DNA of 64,000 nucleotides, taken from contig CBDUQW010000005.1 of the NCBI GenBank assembly GCA_965369625.1, forward strand, positions 1,562 through 65,561, in the 5' to 3' direction. This document shows positions 63,901 to 64,000 of the stretch, piece by piece; position 1 is the first letter of the stretch; each line of letters opens with the position of its first letter. This DNA comes from an uncultured Thermoplasmata archaeon. Its GTDB lineage: Archaea > Thermoplasmatota > DTKX01 > GCA-020343715. The translations under genes and the position numbers were made by a program. A model generated the notes under the pieces. It did no database searches. It had not been told where the DNA came from and saw nothing but the letters and a program-made list of their open reading frames with translations.

Positions 63901-64000
63901 TCTCGCACCGACTTCTCCCGTTCGCTCTTCGTCATCTTCTGCGACTACTCGCCAGCCAGGTCAATGGTCGACCGCCTGATAGACGACATGGGCAAGGGAG
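45904..64000 (+). CDS. Giant secreted multidomain protein (>6,000 aa, 3' end outside window)
   Basis: Frame 1 is open from the TGA at 45853-45855 to the window end (manual translation; the track has no terminated frame-1 ORF here). Start is GTG 45904 or ATG 45859. Order: signal peptide, TGase-like (~46500-46960), hydrophobic segment (48241-48960), NEW3-like Ig, helical repeats (51301-52410), prenyltransferase/squalene-cyclase-type barrel (52741-53600), LamG-like, GATase-like, CUB-like, two FG-GAP propellers, tandem ~200-aa repeats from 60157. Confidence 0.92.
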   Translation, partial: MKEPYAVFSLASLRAFAVLTVALMLMTAVAPVLNKAIEDGNWPPIPFVGDDGSSDDWSSSTPPEGAPIIPGHEYDAAMAIAKLPTTWVLDSNVTRNVTVEILVVNTYGGPVEGMMLEQFLTSNVTLLDASIPPSRNGDYLIWPIGRMDVNDTFSVTIDLEVTTADENFTDADSGIIVYGHRGQKAIYTYSPPLRFVNKNLSEYLKATVDADKYDLYVQNTGAAFGADVNRIYGYVRDFVAYEAYIGSLRGARGTIWGMAGNSLDQSNLLVALLRGAGIPCRYVNGQLSTADARTLVMSMFVSGENVTGNWPAGEVLADPANNATLLNEAKNHTWVEYYVGNDKWIALDPTFTSADVNDTFAVPLDRFTETPEHWRHHVRVKVRVEEWELFGAMNGRLNMRTTFNEEYATAKLVGKNSYFTHEVTKKPHGPESLPFGGINPYYYETVTYQDIMVIANESTYGKTYVETFYPISAYELLSEEFLAEWLDFEVTSPDGKKVTMTRVIFDKVGYEYRNANGNSYLGEPIMERDPPVSGAEVYSLLFLPCRVPWVAVENQVKKFNASYEAYNDAAKNNTTKAEKEILNEAVKQKHVDLLHLSALQMAWVSDMRDNTANVVLQVKSYYLEPRIIIASFESKDPEWYFILDWRYNDIRGLSYPGTSVVTEWKYQEQKGITDTDAESEMMHVYAPNQTVISLNTIFDKAREEGVPLVYLKKDWDFMVSGLNISAEAKKRIQHALDAGKDVVVPQRSVMLANKSRIAWWEQDPETGKIYSVGERGLHFSLCGCMCCIAIIGILNSIATTIIGVGGSSDAAQHAMNQFCDAVLAVVDWMVGPSYGTPEQYKAWFNSIRNKTAAWIAAAYRAIFISLELVASGISDMGGALAGGSAIASTIENCFKCFGVDIVAWGIMQTYGQQFRVDFTNIDGENEGVATVSTDTVITDITSAAGIGLAFAGVVMSFATNIAGFATSVTVDTLGAIGRGVTFALGVFKAGVGFVIASLIKAYLKQFSNLLGAIGWANMPVDPPGQQDLPHNTTANVSATADLNGTTVSGTVYSSHLSMDGSAGVAGGWASSINHSFSYDSVVSSSASVYDGSGTLVGTGAVAADSLDPYGTIEGHASYNFTGTGVVSVHATSVSGLAVTADLDPYTGSATRTTGSLTIELADANVTIGTSTYTGECTIVCNVATIQGDGAVGFGHHGSSVEISSSGSELTVGEYTGTLQLGGTNIGDGGSMSFTNFRGQVTVSTHNSTHDKYVVSGVVNRVMYLGLNRTSVTLVGPHQTFEVKASIHSNADDDYVLKAKVPWGTLNDSRVSPAQLGNVDLADIIEEESWGVEVSSDGSIEVFPMPGTAPGTYHVTISTWSKTVSGLRDEAIVEVIIPRYDALGYQVVKNEWDDHTLIIENEGNVARDLEINYTYTKRSWVSISRETLMAIPGMTYQTGLYLNPTFDVAWPGGTQTIWINVTDRETDTVIKTIQLNFTFPNPVISNMTITGPTYSSGGSVATYDVNVTNSGTESAYVVFDVNTPAGWAGWSPSSLTLPVGSSGNATLTITQADGALGVGNHTFAVRAYPQIKPSNALTANITMTLSRPYAGAVNVTVGPEVPDYPGSIYNVSIQNGGILADNFTFEASGLPPGWFTFTPANTVLSVDGTTNFTVKVHPDTPTYLPGPLNYTLRIVSGNDPSIVTEIVVNFTMPDLYGIASTSDRTDLYLSPNGNATFRLIVGSLANVNDTVTITHTAPAGWTVSYTTPMNLTLGAAVDQNVTIFASGGTIGTTYWVNLTVTSSGDANRTQVVPIRVLVISAEKVALANAAAEAAGLAELAYYLDAADALSDFADHIVDFMLDETNSTLKAQVLDDLETVVAETAAVDPTVSAAIDSARAALANETNPSGYNAIYANLTTALDDLNDILRPLSLWTPTLRARLLELAEEANATAWAMNSTYEFGIHDKLRYVWAVALYYREHPHDDTLKGILGSWVEASGTAISGNFKAWPAISAQGDAIDTAGSGISSATDWALIGHVDDATAALRTVRLSLPPVAEERLALIDAVRVVAPAAYHASIAGQDIGVWEVYDDTFQIYRQLAQLEEGWSDHGLYDDQSQSTRTSLGAYIGSLRERLFTNYTGVAAAYPDLNASLTTLAADIPVDTGYPLAADLLALAENMTVLHGIYDILAAHGIVATLFPPANIVVAGNKTIYRVTLENVADGTNNVTMEFNGLNYTWLDRTDWNFTLAGKEVREIWFNASAPTDTSAGMVYFSVVSTPDEPIAQVTKSGTLVVVVDIGTTVDPYLVKAAIEDGIEWLRRSQNWDGSWSRGDGYTSAHSVGLTALSVWAMMNHGVPTHDPAVKMGLDYIMDNVHQKDNTIWSMSQMYETAMAVIALAETHNETYDEQINKTVQALLLAQEIYNLQHMWRYGIDSNDYDLSVAGWVMMALGTVEWDMPDQVWWWVTDKMNISQRADGGFGYTTYSGSSRTMSGSGVLGLLLAGVPPDDIRVRAGLGWLSTHQQTSTSWAGYAFLYHTRAFHAAQMPTPWFDICTNYLLSTQHGDGHWLLNTEVSSMSTAEALLCLEYNIGEYSSAKIFKRTLVDLTPRNNTIPRGTEGTFNVILDNKGGRDTVNLIIDGIPDSWVDFDSTAVYVPSHTTKVVQMRVTPPLNAGLGDYTVTVMAQSATLATSIYLASANLTVIDTLSVTLDVEPASAQGGQGVPTQYMATVVNTGILSDRYVLEVEAWWLPGGTHHTFNPNLEWRPTDYSFRVPITVRAGVYDREDELIELSINLTQKLMEGAAVGTVNISRMRLIMYDAAGVPIGEVALNVSKGAGFDPRTAAVVDINFTIPGEFLANGVKWYALNFDLFDVKYNQTALAERQGTEGIIPGLTLDPWTPGPTDDITVNWVPMDAGLADDPELHYSMDGAIWQSQDMGYEFEDEFEGSDPIIGDTWLAFDSTPKEMDDIDIERLDGAMAINGTHPYLNSWRSKGVTLNQTLDGSFEVSADIWFDEGLYRKQNSYFYMRLVDGDGNIVDMYAYGWDRYYRMQNNHVYNWLSSPVMYFDGFEPDRYHTWSMRYDAMTRTLEGYIDGQMVGKFEYLILNDVTPTLFYHTYYHAKTVRILIDHFHTTPTTTIPATSLETDLKLQITYEDRAGLSGRTVIQPLFVDASAPVPTVPAPPGMGYPGKPTRIVTHVSDAYSLAGDHLQYTAPDGSTGTVPLVPDTNEEFDRTLLWLRGGTTPLPYLQATDWTFDSMYTSNVDSYNILRNLDGYGVVMMSEVYPTSFGMTNPATMDELMDWVSNGGSLFLIYPPNTATMSDLLGVTYTKDLGNGMVIADPDHPIVSYPYSAMVQGWPSTYECGGYWTDFADDGFVPILTHPDVPTGAVTMVKHQGKGLIIMDSSYASNTRYLDTGSWMIENSLSFIQRNRIQQLASSSTAPAVQSTDHAMDDYFDNIFTYRYPGATAVSVHISDMDMEDGYDFIQVLDGMGRLQETFTGAATDLWTMVVPGDTIHLRVITDGSIKSWGFETDLIRHYGQWVAEIPAMDVTGTVTYTVVATDGAGNSGTSPTYSLELTEPPVVLNITTSPVHPSDSDPITVNAEVMDAVVRDDIAAEWEAGTLVNMTIDGALGMHLSDAVNASDRYFACDDAGTIFMLEVDTDMKVTSSTNIATLNARLRGLVAADFDEDGDIDLVVMNKTDGYLYFIEQTSDWNFSSPVSTGTDTGAVNTDTYGFAIGDFNEDGHMDIVGGGYQRTIRLFTGNGNGTFDVSTLGTISTNLVSIAVGDMDNDGHLDLLLAQYSGTLISYLGHGNGTFTAKTSVYAHPGTTSASKSAGLADFDGDGNLDILINTGTLYIHMGHGDGVNFTYGGRIGVTTRWGEMEILDLDRDGDLDLIMTRYDAHQVKTYENQGMWRHVPILVQKDAYSVSTTNYMFGLTQSQTTRSTSGSMTSAVHDMGGDVTWRYVQLEHANLGGQTLDLEVRTSTDNSTWTAWAQVFPGDSPGEWPVATAAFPGGPTARYVQWRLSMADAGSIDTPFVRSVNLLGVATDPTVELRWSRSSASHLRTWSTEAMAKVSAGRYTGTVPAAPVGPTGHMDLVVVASFTGGVEGTATSHAYRDYTGPVLIRAKALPFYSNTSTSVRVVADLEDTSGVASAELYYSFDNSTWSNVTMTLGHDHSTDLDGDSGTEVAVSVATSAAVYILDGDLTTNWSMTGLGHASTKPMISGDLDGDGTPEIVLGDGNGNAATLWVLKYNATSGGYEVTYTHTAVVDSNVYCLEIADVNGDGSLELLRGQVNDQCVVSSWDGSAIRDTHSFFLAYDPLIIRALDWDGDGEVEIISADKSSTGNIRVYSWDGSSFALEYALPLGNVIYGFAMADMNGDGSLDMVVSVENYYGIYSGILYMVTATGPDTYAVLWRGGWSGRYAYLFDAADWDNDGRMEVVVGHYDYEGVPTGTFVYTYEWDPATSSLVEDWISTALPDRYSGPARFADLDGDGTLELIVPCNNGVVYAFTPDNRDWAFTSSDQGSSAGTHYRGAITPLGSPDTWSAMIPSPAAETMVRYYIVSTDASGSTTTTGTQIYYADGTAPTIDDVSSPPTHLRVQDPLVVYCNVTDAVSIGGAWLEYNVTGGDWNSIQMTRLTTGLTAQFTATIPDIGSATTVTYRVMARDMADNARTSSTQSYVVDPGPSFNWMKDGFGSPFKWEVNVTDNGAVASVVISYSTDLVTWQNATVTNSGNVYSASVDVDANSTIYFEITATDNLGLSNSFRGRSGASNLTLLVEDPLALDVEELGNYQILYDLYYTMSILDDDQASVANLSTSDLVVVVDNGRITSSLITALIDQGVSVLLLRDAIQNVVTTGYYSSTSVNYRKLKVTKDEDPFRSYYTTFTQIQSSGSAQRVTSVPSGWTLVATNYESYLYTVMKKENTTSGGKAITFSYDMRYLTSRGRYFLEQLMNWTLGEALDGPLNATSGAVYLVINGDDWTLTTRETKVDTLLKDWGYDVEYLRIKDVTRFNATNATAIIVPMYYTGYGDQGTHWYRFMDQGVPVILLGNALHTFRSTNRVGGGGYYHYAVVTSDSWFVTGYNGTQFYRQNAGSGYAFYNSGPTGWTALGHTSVYTYYYNLWYNQTSSGTLGFADMCDPLYYTPDGEFLLYRMLTNVTGTAMPGNATVPAGNVVLVIRGGTGASGPTLTAQESAIADMLTSWNHTVYYLSQRNISRTNVSAAKAIVATHWIDTNVNSKTFFDSCLAQGIGLVLTYDAGRTYGSSWYYSNYWEYRYSRAMNATTIFQDHPSVNFYHQDSSTATRVNQACAGWTMLASSGNTYYSTWQQKAGVNGSYAFMTGLDPAYVNLNGRYFLELAVNFSMGINVPPLVDVPSGNVVFITIGEDADGPVLNSHETPVKDELERWGYTITYVYQRDVLTLNWTDASMIVAADWISSYRSWSVPLDAAMNANIGVVLLYRGSSAYQTSFGGYDDYHRRLLYVESPTAFYEGMSGYGFYAQDSGYGYYWRSTISGFTRIGDNNQNQGTAFYKGGTADAHVCVLTYDPATMPQFSLMERMFNFSQNISIAQIPTSADVVLLTSDINMLDPAPTTREAYLKAYLEDMGLTVELRPWIDARRYDFSSSRLVTYTEDLRIGTDTHTMIVDQGLGLALFYTGGIGAGGSWYSNWADSTNWWAFRCSPGGGYLDDYYGMTIQVMEERQTIYRSSNTPPGWTFAGYVNYNSGYRTTHWRENTTSGGHGAILGFDLMKLSDDGTELARAMIEWCLDGEIDRRIIGEGKSVLVIRSSDTTTPTLTSLESAANDLLLASGLNVVYLSKAQVGTTDLSRANGVFLTEGHVSSTILNRWVSEGTRVGLLYTGAGSLGGGWTWHNHANTRRYTATGTEGFNNHFVDSQFTGQNTGSVYAMHTSHPSGLIRDGHGYYAHYWTGGHRTNASSGGRVAFLTFHPEDLTPAGEALYANMIAWVEGRPFPMFNASANKVALVVNSIDESGSTLSIREAALVNNLTANGLSVDYVSHVNSSRTDFSRSLFVIFCDYSPARSMVDRLIDDMGKG

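Noticed and set aside
60157-64000. Diversity-generating retroelement target
   Set aside because: No reverse transcriptase and no near-identical TR/VR pair differing at adenines is seen in this window. The units are too diverged at DNA level. Kept only as a test.
45904-64000. Inteins or RHS/YD repeats within the giant ORF
   Set aside because: No Hint block with terminal HN-C/S/T and no YD repeats were seen in manual translation.

Overview
GC-rich archaeal chromosome segment. The pcc1-pfdB-DHH order, NreA with a PIP box, TATA-box promoters, split GltB and many TM-anchored Ig/PKD/CARDB proteins suggest a Thermoplasmatota-type heterotroph (taxonomy is inference). The first 45.6 kb holds housekeeping and amino-acid catabolism genes, extracellular peptidases, several large surface proteins, and tRNA-Ala(TGC) followed by two integrase-free cassettes (HicBA; AAA+/nuclease-like ATPase), each closed by a copy of the tRNA 3' end. 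It also holds an Lrp-HdrB/C-fusion-gltB1-gltB2-gltB3 operon with no GltD. From about 45.9 kb to the window end is one uninterrupted frame-1 ORF of more than 6,000 codons, absent from the ORF track because it has no stop. It has a signal peptide, a transglutaminase-like domain with Cys replaced by Ser, a Cys-rich hydrophobic segment, Ig scaffolds with passenger domains inserted in their loops, and at least 7 tandem ~200-aa aromatic-rich repeats. Best candidates for something undescribed: the giant protein, the tRNA cassette array, the Hdr-linked glutamate synthase, and a coupled CorA-like/wHTH-Zn-ribbon pair. Domain calls come from manual motif reading, not database searches.
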